Source: Saprolegnia diclina VS20
Taxonomy: Eukaryota
Length of the DNA stretch: 32,575 bases
Assembly: GCF_000281045.1 (NCBI RefSeq)
Contig: NW_008246148.1
Location: forward strand, 139,175 to 171,749
Reading direction: 5' to 3'
This document shows, one piece after another, positions 21,315 to 32,575 of this stretch. The notes below the pieces were generated by a model. The model did not search any database. It was given only the letters and a program-made list of their open reading frames with translations, and had not been told where the DNA came from. The position numbers and the translations under genes were made by a program. Within the stretch, counting starts at the first letter, position 1. Each line of letters starts with the position of its first letter.

Positions 21315-22376
21315 CTACTTGCGCCGGGGGCTCACCACTAAGGCCGCACTGGCCCCGCGGGGGCTGCTATACCCCTTTCGAGCGGCCACCTTGTCTTGGG
21401 CGTCGGTTCGAGCCTGCAACAGCGCGTGCACCAACGCATGATTTGAGTCAAGCTCGGCCCGCGCCACGTCGTATCCTACGCGGACTTATGAGTGCGATGA
21501 AGAGGTCGGCGATGCACCACCTTTGGCGTACGTCGTCGCGGCCAGGTCGTATTTCTTCTGGTGTTCGAGCTCGGCGCCGTAGTTGAAGTAAGCGATCGCG
21601 AGGAGGCTATCGGGCGTCGTCTTGTCTTCCAGTCTGCCACCGCGTTCGTGCGAGAGGAGCTCCACCGCACAGCGCGCGTGGTCGGCCGCGCGGAGATGCC
21701 GGCCCATCGCCGACAAGATGGCGCAGATATTGAGGTGCGTTCCCGCCGGGTTCTCGGCCTTTGCTCCTGACGACGCCGACTCGAGCGCGAGCGTCTTCTC
21801 GAGGTACTGGATCGCGGCGTGGAGTTGGCCGTGTCTAGTCCACCGCGTATACTAGAAGGTTCGTATGACAATATTGTACTTTTTGGCGTAGCACGCAAAG
21901 TTATTGAGCGTGATCGCGCGGAGCCGCTTGCGCGTCGCGACGTTTGCGTATAAGGGTCCGTCCGACGCCGTGTGCTGGTCGGCGGTCGTGAGGAGCCGCA
22001 GCGCGTCCTCCGACTGCCCTACACAAGCAGGTATCGTCAGACAATCGAATGCAATGTCGGTACCTTGGCTGAGACTCTGCATGGCCACCGCGTTGCAGCA
22101 GAGAATGTGCTCTTCGTACATGGCTTGAACCTAGGTAGAGTCACAATGGTGCATGCTAGCAAAAGAGAGACGAGCTACGTTGGCGTCGTCCAGACCAAAG
22201 ACGGTGCGCAGCAGATCCAGCGCGGCGTCAATGTAGCGGCTGCCATCGGCAAAGTCGTGGCGTGCCAGGACCAGCTCCATGTAGCTTTTGAGAAGCTCAA
22301 AGGCGTCTCTTGGCGAGCTCTCGATCGCTCCTTGGACACCGTCCCAGAACGTCTCGTGGACGTCCGCACTCGCCAT
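21315..22376 (-). CDS. Tetratricopeptide-repeat protein, about 292 aa; exons 22376-22179, 22130-22064, 22018-21880, 21834-21521, 21475-21315
   Basis: TPR-like segments AITLNNFACYAKKHGQLHAAIQYLEKTLALE, AGTHLNICAILSAMGRHLRAADHARCAVELL, AIAYFNYGAELEHQKKYDLAATTYAKG; four GT-AG introns give one frame. Confidence 0.82.
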
Positions 22377-22425
22377 GCCACGTACAAGGCGACGCAATGC
22401 CAGCTATAAAGTGCTTGCGGCTGCT

Positions 22426-22457
22426 ATTTTGAGATTTTGAGATTTTGAGATTTTGAG
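22426..22457. repeat. Perfect octamer tandem repeat (ATTTTGAG)x4
   Basis: attttgagattttgagattttgagattttgag, in the divergent TPR/CS intergenic region. Confidence 0.9.
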
Positions 22458-22652
22458 TTTGCACATTTGAGCGCTGGGACACACAACAGCACAGCGCTTC
22501 GCCTCCGTATGTGCAACACAAGACAATGTGTACATCGCGGCCAGCTTTCTTCAAAGAAAAGATCTCAAGGTTGAGTGGATCTCTTGCAGTGGATTCATGC
22601 CCCGCGCTTCGAGGTCGCCGGTTGAAACGGGGTGTATTTTTGTCATTTTTGC

Positions 22653-23165
22653 ATGACGCGCAAGGTGAGCACCCGAGCGACGAGCCTCTTGGACGCCGCC
22701 GCCGACGCGTTCGACTCGAACGGACGCCATGACGTTCCGGACGACGCTACGATCTTGTCGCGGGCTGTGGACCCAAAGCTGCGCATTGGCTGGACGCAGA
22801 CACGGAGCGAGCTCTACGTGTACATTCCCGTTCGGCCTCGCATCGTGCAAAAGGGCGTCAACATCCTCGCCACCGAAGCCGCCGACAAGGTATTCATCTT
22901 GAAAATTGGCGTTGTCGTGCAAAGCCTCTGCGGCTAGAGTCACTGGCTCACGATCATCGTCGACACGATCCCACGCGCGCACGTCCGTCTCGCCCACCGC
23001 GTGCTGTCGCGGTCGCTCGACTGGGAGATTGGTCCGCAGAAGGAGGCGAGTCCCTTCTACGCGCCTGCGATTGCGATCGATCCCGCGTTTCCGCAAGAGG
23101 TCGTTGTCACGCTCGTGAAGGAGGCGGCCAAACATTGGTCAACTCTGTACTACCCACCGCAGTAG
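22653..23165 (+). CDS. CS (p23/NudC-like) domain protein, 154 aa; exons 22653-22889, 22938-23165
   Basis: WTQTRSELYVYIPV, LDWEI, VVVTLVKEAAKHWSTL follow the CS-domain pattern; one 48-nt intron. Confidence 0.75.
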
Positions 23166-23241
23166 TCACTATGCGCACAAATCAGCCTTTGTATCACAAA
23201 TTACGGCTTGCGGAGTCGGTTCAAACGACAAAAATGCAGTA

Positions 23242-25235
23242 TTAGAGCTGCGACGGTGCCTGGCAGACAAGGACGTCACGGGACGTCGCCCGCGAGGCAC
23301 GTCGCGTGCGAAGAAGTGCAACGAGAAGGGACACGAGCCCGACACAGATGCAGCCGCTGGCAATAAGAAGCGCGCTCGTTTGATCCATCGACGCCGCCGT
23401 CGTCTCGGTTGCTGAGGCGACAACCACCGTCGTGACCTTGCCTTCGTACGCGTCACTGACGCCAAATGTAGTGGATGCCTTGGCGGCCGAGAGCGTGAAC
23501 GCTGTCGGGACCAAGTCGTCGAGGCAGCTCGTGTTGAGCTGCGCAATGTTGCCGCCAAGGCGAATATACGACGCCAGCACCGTCGTCGCGCACGTGGGTT
23601 GCCCCTATTTGACATGAGATGGGATCGCGTGCAACATGGGAGCGCACCGGGGACTTCACTGCCGTGCGCAGGAGGCAGCTGTGGCCGGCGTAGGGGTAGG
23701 TGATGAGCCGCGCACGGTCATCGCTGTGAAAGTCACGCGTGACGTTGACGGCGATACCGAGCGGCGTCTGAGTGTCGAGGACGCCGGCAAAGACGAGCAC
23801 CGAGCTTTGCGACGGCAGCTTTGGCGTCGTGAGCAGCTTGGCGGGGTAGGTAAAGGTGACGTCCGGCTTGTTGATGCCGTCGCAAATGTCGGCTGATGCG
23901 CCGGTGAAGACGCAGTAGTCGTGGTACTGATTCGTGAGGTTGAAGCCAAAGAGGTTGTTGAGAAAGCGAGTTTCGAGCTCAGTTCGGGACGGCACGGGCT
24001 GCTCCCACATCTCCGAATACGAGACGGCACCATAGAGCAGCGCCGAGCTGTCTCGGTCTTGGTCATTGGCACCGCCGGTCGCCAAGTCGGAGGACGCGAG
24101 GCGCTCGTTCCACGCGGCCAAGAACTCTTCATCGCTGGCCGAGCACCGGTTGAGGCGGTAGATCAAAATAGGAATGAGCTCTTGCGACCCGACGCCGGCG
24201 GCGAGCAGGAGCTTGAGGCGGTGTCGAATGGCCCACGACGGCGGCACGGCTGCGTCCAAGTAGTTGGGCAGCGCGCGGACGCACGCCGCGGACCGGGCCG
24301 TCGCGTTGGTGTCGAGCGTGTGGTAGAGATTGCGGAGGACCTTGGCGGGATCTGTGCCGAGCTTGTCGCGGCACGTAGCATCGTCCTTGCAATAGTCAAA
24401 GTACGTGTCGACTAGCACACTGTATGTTAGAAACAGAGACATCTTGTCATCATCGTCGTACCTTCCTGCAGGTAGTCAAGATTCCAGCGGGAGAAGAGGC
24501 CCGAGACGCCGTCCAAAATGTAGCCCTTGACCGTCGGTGGGTTGAGCGCCATGAGCCGGCGCACCCAGTGTGTGCCATAGCTGACACCGTACACGTACGT
24601 CTCGGCATTTGGTGTGACCGTCTGGATGAGAGCCGCCACATCGCTTGCCGCGCTATGCGACGAAAAGCCCGCGGCCGCATCGTCGCCGTAGACCTGGCGC
24701 ACGTTGCGGAGGCACTCGGGCAGCTCGGAGGGGCTAATGGAGGTGCCCCACGGGCTGCCGTTGGTCGTCGCTTCGGTCGTCGCGCAGTCCAAATACGTGC
24801 TCTTGCCCGTGCCGCGGTGGTCCATCGTGTAGACGCTCACGCTCTTGTTGAGCGCGAGGTACACATTCTGCATGTAGCCTTCCACTACATCCAGAATGTG
24901 AGCAAAAATGCGATCTTATCGTAGAAAGTGCAAACTCGGAACGTACTGTTGATGGACGACGCGCCGGGGCCGCCTTGCAGCAGCCAAATGGCCTTGGGCA
25001 AAGCGCCGTTCTCGGCTTCGAGGCGCTTGACAAACACCGAGATGTTGGTCGTCGTCGAGGCGCACGTGCCGGGGTAGCAGAGCGGTGCGTTGAACGTTGC
25101 GCACGTCGTGTTGCGCCAGTCCTTACCAAAGACGGCGGCCGAGTAGCGCAGCGGGCAGTGGAGCCAGCCGGTCGTGCGCTCGAGGGCGGCGACGGCGCTG
25201 GCAGCGACGAGTAGAGAGAGTGCTGCGTACCGCAT
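23242..25235 (-). CDS. Secreted, membrane-anchored alpha/beta hydrolase (peptidase S33/TAP-like), about 612 aa; exons 25235-24947, 24884-24462, 24411-23648, 23604-23242
   Basis: Signal peptide MRYAALSLLVAASAVAA; LLQGGPGASS, MDHRGTGKS, nucleophile YGVSYGT, ILDG, GVLDTQTP (Asp), YPYAGHS (His); C-terminal TM helix ALLIASGCICVGLVSLLVALL. Confidence 0.88.
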
Positions 25236-25278
25236 GGACAATGGCAGAATGGCAAATGGTGTTCGTCCCGCAACTGGT

Positions 25279-25294
25279 TTTTGGCCAATCAAAA
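25279..25294 (-). promoter_or_regulatory. CCAAT-box-like element upstream of the S33 gene
   Basis: TTTTGGCCAATCAAAA about 45 nt upstream of ATG 25235; same core (TGATTGGCCAAAA) as at 27591. Confidence 0.5.
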
Positions 25295-25799
25295 GCAGTA
25301 TCTTCGACGCACATCAACATGACAGTTGAATTTTGTAATTTTTGTTGTGTGTGGGGTTGTGTATACCGATTGGATAGGATTATCCAGTCCGCTAATGGAT
25401 ACTTTGAATTCGAAAAAAAATCCAGCGCGAGCACGCGAACCAGGTTCTTTCGTCCATACACATTGCACTTGCCCTTGGTCAAGGACTCGATCGACAGCCA
25501 AACAACGTTGCATTCGACAGCGATCCAAAGCTTCTCGTCAGATAGCTACTTTGTACAATGGTGCGCGGTGGTGCCGGGTCGTCAAGAAGCACCTTGGAAA
25601 CAGCGTGCCGGGTCGTTCTCGACCCGGCCACGGCGCCAACAACTCAGCGCGGTTGCCAGGGATGTTGGTTTCTGTGCTGCAAACGACCTGGTAAAGTCCA
25701 ATGGATAGTTCGATCCGAGCTCAAGTACCTGCCCATTATTTGACGGAGAAGAAGCCTTAAACATCCTTGTGTCATATTGAGCTCGGCGAGGAAGGGCGA

Positions 25800-27461
25800 C
25801 TAGGTTCGGATTTGGAACCGACCGGCCTTGGTGAGCGTGCGCACGCCCTTGTACGGCTTGTAGCGCTCGTTCGAGAGCACGAGCGTCTCGACCGTGAGAC
25901 CGCTCACCGTCGTCATGGGCACCTTGAAGCCCAGAAGCACGATCGGCTTTTCATCTGCGCCATACAATCAGCGGAATCGTCTCCCGAAGCAAATTACCAG
26001 GAATCGCGGCGTTCTGCACTAGCACAATGTTGCCCTTGAGCGTCGGCGTCAAGATCTTCTTGGGGTTGATCTTGCCAACCGTCCATTTCAGCGTCTATGA
26101 ACGTGGGCCTTAGTCGAGCAGCCGGAACGGACGACGCAAAGACTACCTTGGTGGCGTCGTCAAAGAGGCAGCTGCCCACGTCCGTGTTGGCGTCGACCGT
26201 GCGCACGCTCTTTGGGAACGTCACTTCGACTGTAATCTCTTCGGCTAGTGTCGTGGCTCAGACAACTCGAGTGGAGAGATTTGTCTTTACCAGCAAATGA
26301 CTTTTTCACCGAGTTGGCCACGAGCGTCGGCATGTTGCGCTGGCCAATCATGAGCTCGAGCGTGCCGACGCCGCGCTCCGAGTACGACACGCTCGGTTGG
26401 CAGTAGATCGGCGGCACCATTTGCTGCACTTGGACGCGGTATTGCATGAGCTATCAACAGACATATTGTCTTCCGGGTCAAAACATATATCAATCTATCA
26501 AGTACCTCAAACTGCCCGTCCGGCGGCACGAACGAGATGACGCGCTCGCGGTCATAGCGCGAGTAGCGCACGCACGGGTGGAACGAGCAGTCGTCAATGA
26601 CAGACGGGTCCGTAAACACCATGGTGAGGTCCGGGATGCCCGAGAGCCGGCAGTTGCCGTGGATCGCGCCGTTGACCTCGCACGAGATCATTTGGCCATT
26701 GCCATCGACGATGGCATCAATCTCTTCGACAATGTCAAAGTAGATTTCATTCTACGCATTACATGAGTAAAGACTTGTGATGGGCGAGGGTACCTGCGTA
26801 TACTTGACGCCGGCCTTGCGCCACGGCATGTCCGACACTGCGCCGTCCGGCAGCACTTCGCTGACCCGCGACTTGCCCTAGATGCAATACGCTCGTACAA
26901 AGTTTGGTTCTAGATGAGAGCGGTACCGAGACCATGGCCGTGAGGCGGTTGACGGTCGACGGCGGCGCGACCATGGCCTTGAGTGCGTTGGGCTCCATTG
27001 TTAGCGGGTAGCCATTGTCGAGCATCTCTTCGAGGAGCTGGTAGACCGTCGAGAAGTTGTCCTTGATGGCGCTTTCATCAAACTTGCCAAAGTAGTCGAG
27101 GAAGACGGCGACGACGCGGTGCAGCACCTCAATGACGACGAGGGGCGACACCTGTGCCAGCATTTAGCCGGTAGGGAGGCAGCCCACGACGTACCTCGTT
27201 GGTCACGACCGCGAGGATGTACAGCTGCTCGCGGAAGGCGCTAATCAAATAGTGCTTGGCGGTCGCAATCACCGGCGGCACGTCCTACACGGAGCAGCAT
27301 ACTGACTTTGCCGTTTGGACAGGCAGCCGTACCTCGCGCGCCTTGTACTTGTTGACTTCTTCGACAAAGAAGTCGCACACGTTGCGGTTCGTCGTGCCCC
27401 GCCAGTGCTTCTCGATGATGATCTCGCCTGTCGGCGTGATGATAAAGAGGCTCTGGATCAT
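25800..27461 (-). CDS. AP3M: AP-3 adaptor complex mu subunit, paralog 2 (9 exons, same intron positions as paralog 1)
   Basis: MIQSLFIITPTGEIIIEKHWRG...IKDNFSTVYQLLEEMLDNGYPLTMEPNALK...SFVPPDGQFELMQY...YKPYKGVRTLTKAGRFQIRT; intact frame after splicing. Confidence 0.93.
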
Positions 27462-27590
27462 CGCTCGGCGTCAATTGCCACACTGGGCGCTCAACTTTGT
27501 CAGCTTGCAAGTGCTCCAATCAAACGCGTCCATAGGACGAAAAGGACGTGATTTTGGCCACTCCTGGCACGCCACGGCGAGGCGCGGCGG

Positions 27591-27604
27591 TGATTGGCCA
27601 AAAA
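27591..27604 (+). promoter_or_regulatory. CCAAT-box-like element in the divergent AP3M-2 / CCDC87-like promoter
   Basis: TGATTGGCCAAAAA; a second CCAATCAAA lies near 27516. Confidence 0.5.
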
Positions 27605-27842
27605 GATATCATTTTCCAGTTGAGGTGGTCGACGGCAATAGAGTTATATTTGGTATATAGTGTGCGATTTGCTCGTATGCTTGGGATCGGATGCGATGAC
27701 AAGTCTTCCACTAATTTCGATCAACATGCACGACGATATACAGTGTACAAGTTGATGCAGCATCGCCTGTACCTCAACGTCGATCGAGCTACTAGTATAC
27801 CTTGAAAGGAGCAGTAACTACGTCGTGAAACGACTTGCAAGT

Positions 27843-30800
27843 ATGAACTACCTTGACGCCATCGAGCATGCGACGACCATGGACATCGATGGCGAAGACC
27901 GCGAGTACACCGTCTTCATGGCAACCAAGTCCAAAACCGAAGTGCTCAAACGACGTAGCATTCGATGTCGACGATATACGGGCTCAAAGTATCCAACTAG
28001 GACTGCGCCCCCCGGGGGACGTGCCCCCCACCATTCGAGACACACGAAAATGCGACCACGCGCTCACGCCCGTGGCGCCGCGACGCAAGCGCATCTCGAT
28101 GCCGGAGGCTCCCCCCGACGACGGCACCGAGACGTGGCACCCTGTCCGTTCTGCCGTTGTGGAGCAAACGATGGGCTGATGATTCGAGGTACTAGGACGA
28201 TGCAGACAACTACCTCAGTGGCCAGCCCGCGAGCGAGCACGGAGCATGGCAAGCCGAACTACGCCTGCACAAGCGAAGAGTGCTGCATGCGATTTGGCAC
28301 GACCCGCGGGATCCTGCCATGGCTGCCTTTCTGCAGGCGCAGTACTTGCACATTAGCAATAACGAGCTCGTCCACTGCATACAGTCGGCGATCGAGTCGC
28401 TCGGCCATGCGCTGTACGAGTCACTGCGCGCCTCGTTTCAACGAAGATTGAACCATGGCTTTTTCTCGGCGGCCGCGACGTCGACACGCCTCTTGACGAC
28501 CTTCAAGCTCGAGCTGCGGAGTCAGGTGACGCCCGATACCGTGCGGCAAAAGGTAAGGCGGTGACAGCGTTCGTTTGTTTATGCTCAAGAGTCGTAGGTG
28601 CTCTGGGGGCTCTTGGAGGAAAAAGCTGGAGCGGTGCGCGCGCACTCGTCAGCGGCAATTGCGCCGGGACACATGACCCTCGGACGATTCAAGTTGGAGG
28701 CAATGGCGTCGTTCATGGCGACCAAAGATGCTGCGAAAGAGAGCCCGCGGCTTCGGCACCAGCACCAACAAATCCTTCTTGACCAAGTGGCGAGCTATGT
28801 CGCGAGTCGCCCGTTGGTTGCCCACAGCCACAATGCGCACCCGAGTTGGAGACGATCACTTGTTGTACGACAACAAATCAAATATGGTGTTATAGGCATC
28901 ATGGTCGACGAAGCAGCGGACCGACTCCGGCACATTCTCTGTGTGCTGTGCCACGTATCGTGTCTCAAGACGATTCCCATGCACTACAAGGTACAATCTG
29001 CCTGTTGAAACAGTGAGGATAACGATACGTAGGCGGAGATGGTGCAGGCGGCGACACCGCTCGTGGCACGCCGAGGCCGGATGCTCGTCTCACCCGAAGT
29101 GACCTCGACCTGTCTCTATGTGCTCGTTGACGGCTGCCTCAGCGTGCATTTCGAGTCGGGCCACAGTGTACAAAAGTACCCCTTCTCTTGTTAACTGGGA
29201 CTATAAAAAATGACCGATGGTGTAGAGAGCCGTTTGATCACTTTTTCTGCGGCGAAGTCGACTTGCTATCGGCGCAGCCTGGCACCATGCGCGTCACCGT
29301 CGCATCCGACACGTGCTCCCTCGCTGTCTTGGAGCGAACAGACTTTGACACCATCTTGGAAAAGGCCATCGCGTTGACGTCGTCATCGTCGTCGCTACAG
29401 CGGCCCCCGCTCACGACGCCGGGGGGCATTGGCTTGCACCCTCGACGCCCCAAGACAGCGGCACCACTGGGCCACACGGTCGTACGAACGCCAGTTAAGC
29501 CTATCGCGCACGACGACCAAGTGCGCGAGGCCACCGAGGCGTCGCGAAAGCACCGGCACGACTACATTGCACATCGACGGGCAGAGCTCGAGGCCAAGCG
29601 CGCGGCGGCGGCATCCGTACGACCAAGGGGCCTACTGGCATCCATATAACTTGTCTTTTGGTTAGGCTCTTGCAGCGACCACGGCCGAGACCAAGTCGCC
29701 GCGCAAGTTTACAGCCAAAACCAAAGCACACATCCACCTCCTTGCGCGCCTCAAGATCTCGATGACGCCGCACATGTCACGCCCCAAGGCGGCGACGCCC
29801 GACGCCAATGCGACGGCATTGCCGCCGTTCGCCTTTTTCCCGCGCTTTCCCGATGCATTTGACGTCCGCCACGTCGAGCTCTTGTACATGGTGCGAAATG
29901 ATTGGCCGACGTCGCGACGGTTACACTGTGTGGTTAGGGTCCGCAGGCGTTTGAAATGGACGAAATGCGGCTGGTCGAGTGCGGACCGCCGCTGCCCGAG
30001 ACGCCGAGTCTCGTGCTGCCGCCCAAGGTGCAGATCGACACGTCGGTGCTGCTCATGGAGCACCTCGCCTTGCTCTCCGGACGACGACCGCCAATGACGA
30101 CGACCAAAGCCGAGACGTCACACGCCCGCGCACACGTCGAGTGGCATAGCACGTCGTGGACAGAGCCGCAGCTGCCATCGCAGCCCGACGCCACTCTCGC
30201 GCAGTTTACTGAGAGTCGGAAAAAAGTGTCGGCGCCCGTCGTCAAGGGCCAGAAGACACCATATGCGTCATTGGCCATGTACTGTTACAACTGGAGGCCC
30301 GAGGCGCCAAAGGCCGTCGTCGTTTCCGAGAGTGCAATGAGCCCGTCACAGACGGCGACCACCGTCGGAGCCGTCACCGTGGCGTCATTCTCGGTGGGCG
30401 ACAAGTTCCAGTTGCTTGCTAATTGCATCTTCTCTGTAGCATCTCTTTGGCCTCGACTTGGATCCAAGCGCTGCTCCGATTGACGGAGCACTCCACCAAG
30501 CCGACGGCGACGACGAAGTCTTTTTCAATGACGTCATAGACGGTCATGGGCCACATGCAGACGCTGCAACCTCGCTCAGTGGTCTCAGCACGAACGACGT
30601 CGCAGCTTTGCCAACGGAAGCAGCACCAGAACAGCCTACGCCTCTCGCATCACCGCATCGGAGCTCTACAGCGCACCGAGATTCGACTTTGGCAGCCGTA
30701 CCCGAAGACGACGATCATTTGCAGGGCACAAAAGATGAAGACGCCGATCTCTCGGCGCCCGACCAGCTCGATGTCGACGTGGAGGTTGCGAGTGACGACG

Positions 30801-31961
30801 ACGGCGCGCCCCTCACAACCAAGCACCTCTTTCGAATACCATCAAAACGACCAACGCCGAGCTCGACGCGCAAGCTGCTCCACAACGATGCCACGTCACT
30901 CGCGCGCAAAGAGGCGTACGACCGCCTTGTCCGGCAAGCCTCCCAAATGCCATCGACGTCGTCGTCGTCACCGCGGACGCAAGACGACCGGTTGCACGAA
31001 CTTGCCTACGAAGAAGCCCTCCGAGACGTCGCGACGGCGGACGACAAGCATGGCACGCCGTGCCCGCTCCGACTGCACATGCAGCAGCGTATGGAGTCGG
31101 TCTTTACCGCGCTTCAGCTCAGCGCCAAGTGCAAACTCGAGATCGTCATGAAGTATACACAGAAATCACACGCACCGCACTTGGCGTCGGCGCTCGAGCT
31201 CTGGGAGCGGGTTCGAACCTCGTTGTTGCCACCATTTTTAACAATGTTTTGCCGACAGGCGGTCGTCTCGATTGCCGACCGCGAGCTCACGCTGCACAAG
31301 ATCCACGACTTTGAGCTCGTCGCGAGTGACCCGCGGCGGCATTTTCAGACCATTTCGACCGAGCGCCTCAAGGTGTAGTATCAAGTTGTCAAGATGCTAT
31401 CAACATGATAGGAACAACGCCAACGCGACAAACTCTTGCTCTTGTTTCAAGCCCACTCGACGTACTGCGCGAACGCACTGCAGCAGCTGTACGACAAGTT
31501 TGGCGACACCATTTTATACCACGACCGGCCCTATCGAGAGAAAATGGCGCACGACTACACCGAGCTGCTCTTCGACCTCGAGTGCGAGCGAGTTCGTATC
31601 TACTACGGCGGTGTGTCGCCCGACATCATTGACGAGACGGCACCGACGATGACGACGGCCGTCGACGCGGCGTCGTCCGTGCTCGTGCGCGCCGTCAAGG
31701 CCCGGGGTGACAAGGACCTCAACGACCTTCGCACGTCGCTCACAGAAGCCCGCGCGGCGCGAGAAGCCGCGATTGCCTCAGCGCAATACGAGGTAAGACA
31801 CCACCCTAAGGGTTGCAGACGAAAACTATGAGTAGGCGAGGGAGCGGCGGCGGGCGGCCCGCGTACCCCGTCGACCGACGCAGCCCAAGGAACCGAGTCT
31901 CCAGGACGCCCTAGGGCGCGTGTTGCACCGACCCGCCAAGCCATGGACGACTATTTTATAG
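27843..31961 (+). CDS. Large multi-exon protein (about 12 exons) with a central cNMP-binding-like domain and a C-terminal CCDC87/MAP65-ASE1-like region; true start uncertain
   Basis: Eleven short GT-AG introns chain the exons into one frame. cNMP-like CLYVLVDGCLSV...FFCGEVDLL...TMRVTVASDTCSLAVLERTDFDTIL; CCDC87-like MQQRMESVF..LQL...KLEIVMKYT, LELWERA, FELVASDPRRHF, FGDTILYHDRPYREKMAHDYTELLFDL. Confidence 0.72.
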
Positions 31962-32575
31962 CGACAAAAGACGTTGCGATTTCTGCGTGTTCACGTACAC
32001 ATGCCTCAGTGCTTGTCAACTCAGATTCGCGTTACGTAGTCCTACCAGGAGTGGAAGATCGCGCTACATCTCGATCGCACCTCGTTGGTAATAGAGAGTA
32101 ATCGCGCGAACTGTATGTCGTTTGGTGGCGGAGTATTGCGTCACGACACTGAGAACCCATCATCCTATATCGCCAAATGACATGTGCCAGTGCAGACAGA
32201 GGTGTCGATAATATTAGCACGGGCATTTTCATCCCCTAGGCAGTACTAGGAGTGAGTTTGGCTGCGACCACAAGACTAATTTGTACATTGACCCAGAGAG
32301 CGCATCAGTATTGGTCTTTCGGTTTCTAGCCGATCCACGAGGTATCTTTCGGCCATGTTGGCCCCTAAGATCACCGCCTACAACCATCGATGCTGGCGAC
32401 TGACGAGACCCGAAAGCGCAACGGAGATCTTGGGCGAGACCTCTATATCTACCAATTCTAGGCATCACTAGTGGTCCGCCAGGTCCATCAGTCCCCATTG
32501 CTCCTCACAATACTCGCATGTGGTCCTGCGCCCTATTGCTGCTCTCGACGTCGCTACTCGCTACAGCGTCTGCTT

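Noticed and set aside
16810..27461. Longin-like, COMMD and two AP3M genes as a functional trafficking gene cluster
   Set aside because: They belong to different complexes, are interspersed with unrelated genes, and nothing here shows co-regulation beyond the shared upstream 8-mer reported separately.
31962..32575. Possible gene or transposon at the right end
   Set aside because: Only short ORFs with no motifs or terminal repeats that I can recognise.

Overview
Gene-dense eukaryotic DNA, most likely a saprolegnialean oomycete (Saprolegnia/Achlya/Aphanomyces-like). This is inferred from GC-rich exons, many 40-70 nt GT-AG introns, an AA15-type LPMO with CBM1, an S33 protease, M96-like paralogs and oomycete-type INR/FPR and CCAAT motifs. 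I manually spliced about 15 protein genes: an intronless AT3-SGNH O-acyltransferase, ADAT1 head-to-head with a Trf4-like nucleotidyltransferase, RMDN1-like, two tandem M96/START-like paralogs, AA15 LPMO-CBM1, a longin-like protein, a COMMD protein, two inverted AP-3 mu paralogs enclosing TPR, CS-domain and S33 genes, and a large cNMP-like + CCDC87-like gene. There are two 100-N gaps. Most notable: (1) only one of 8 introns is conserved between the AP-3 mu paralogs, and it can fold as a hairpin; (2) a 65-bp inverted dispersed repeat is built around paired ATCCGGAT palindromes, and this 8-mer recurs at least 9 times, only in intergenic DNA; (3) the bacterial-type acyltransferase has a dileucine-type N-tail and lacks the DxxH Asp; (4) there is a broken inverted copy of RMDN1. 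Family assignments come from recognised motifs, not database searches. I see no unambiguous novel multi-gene system.
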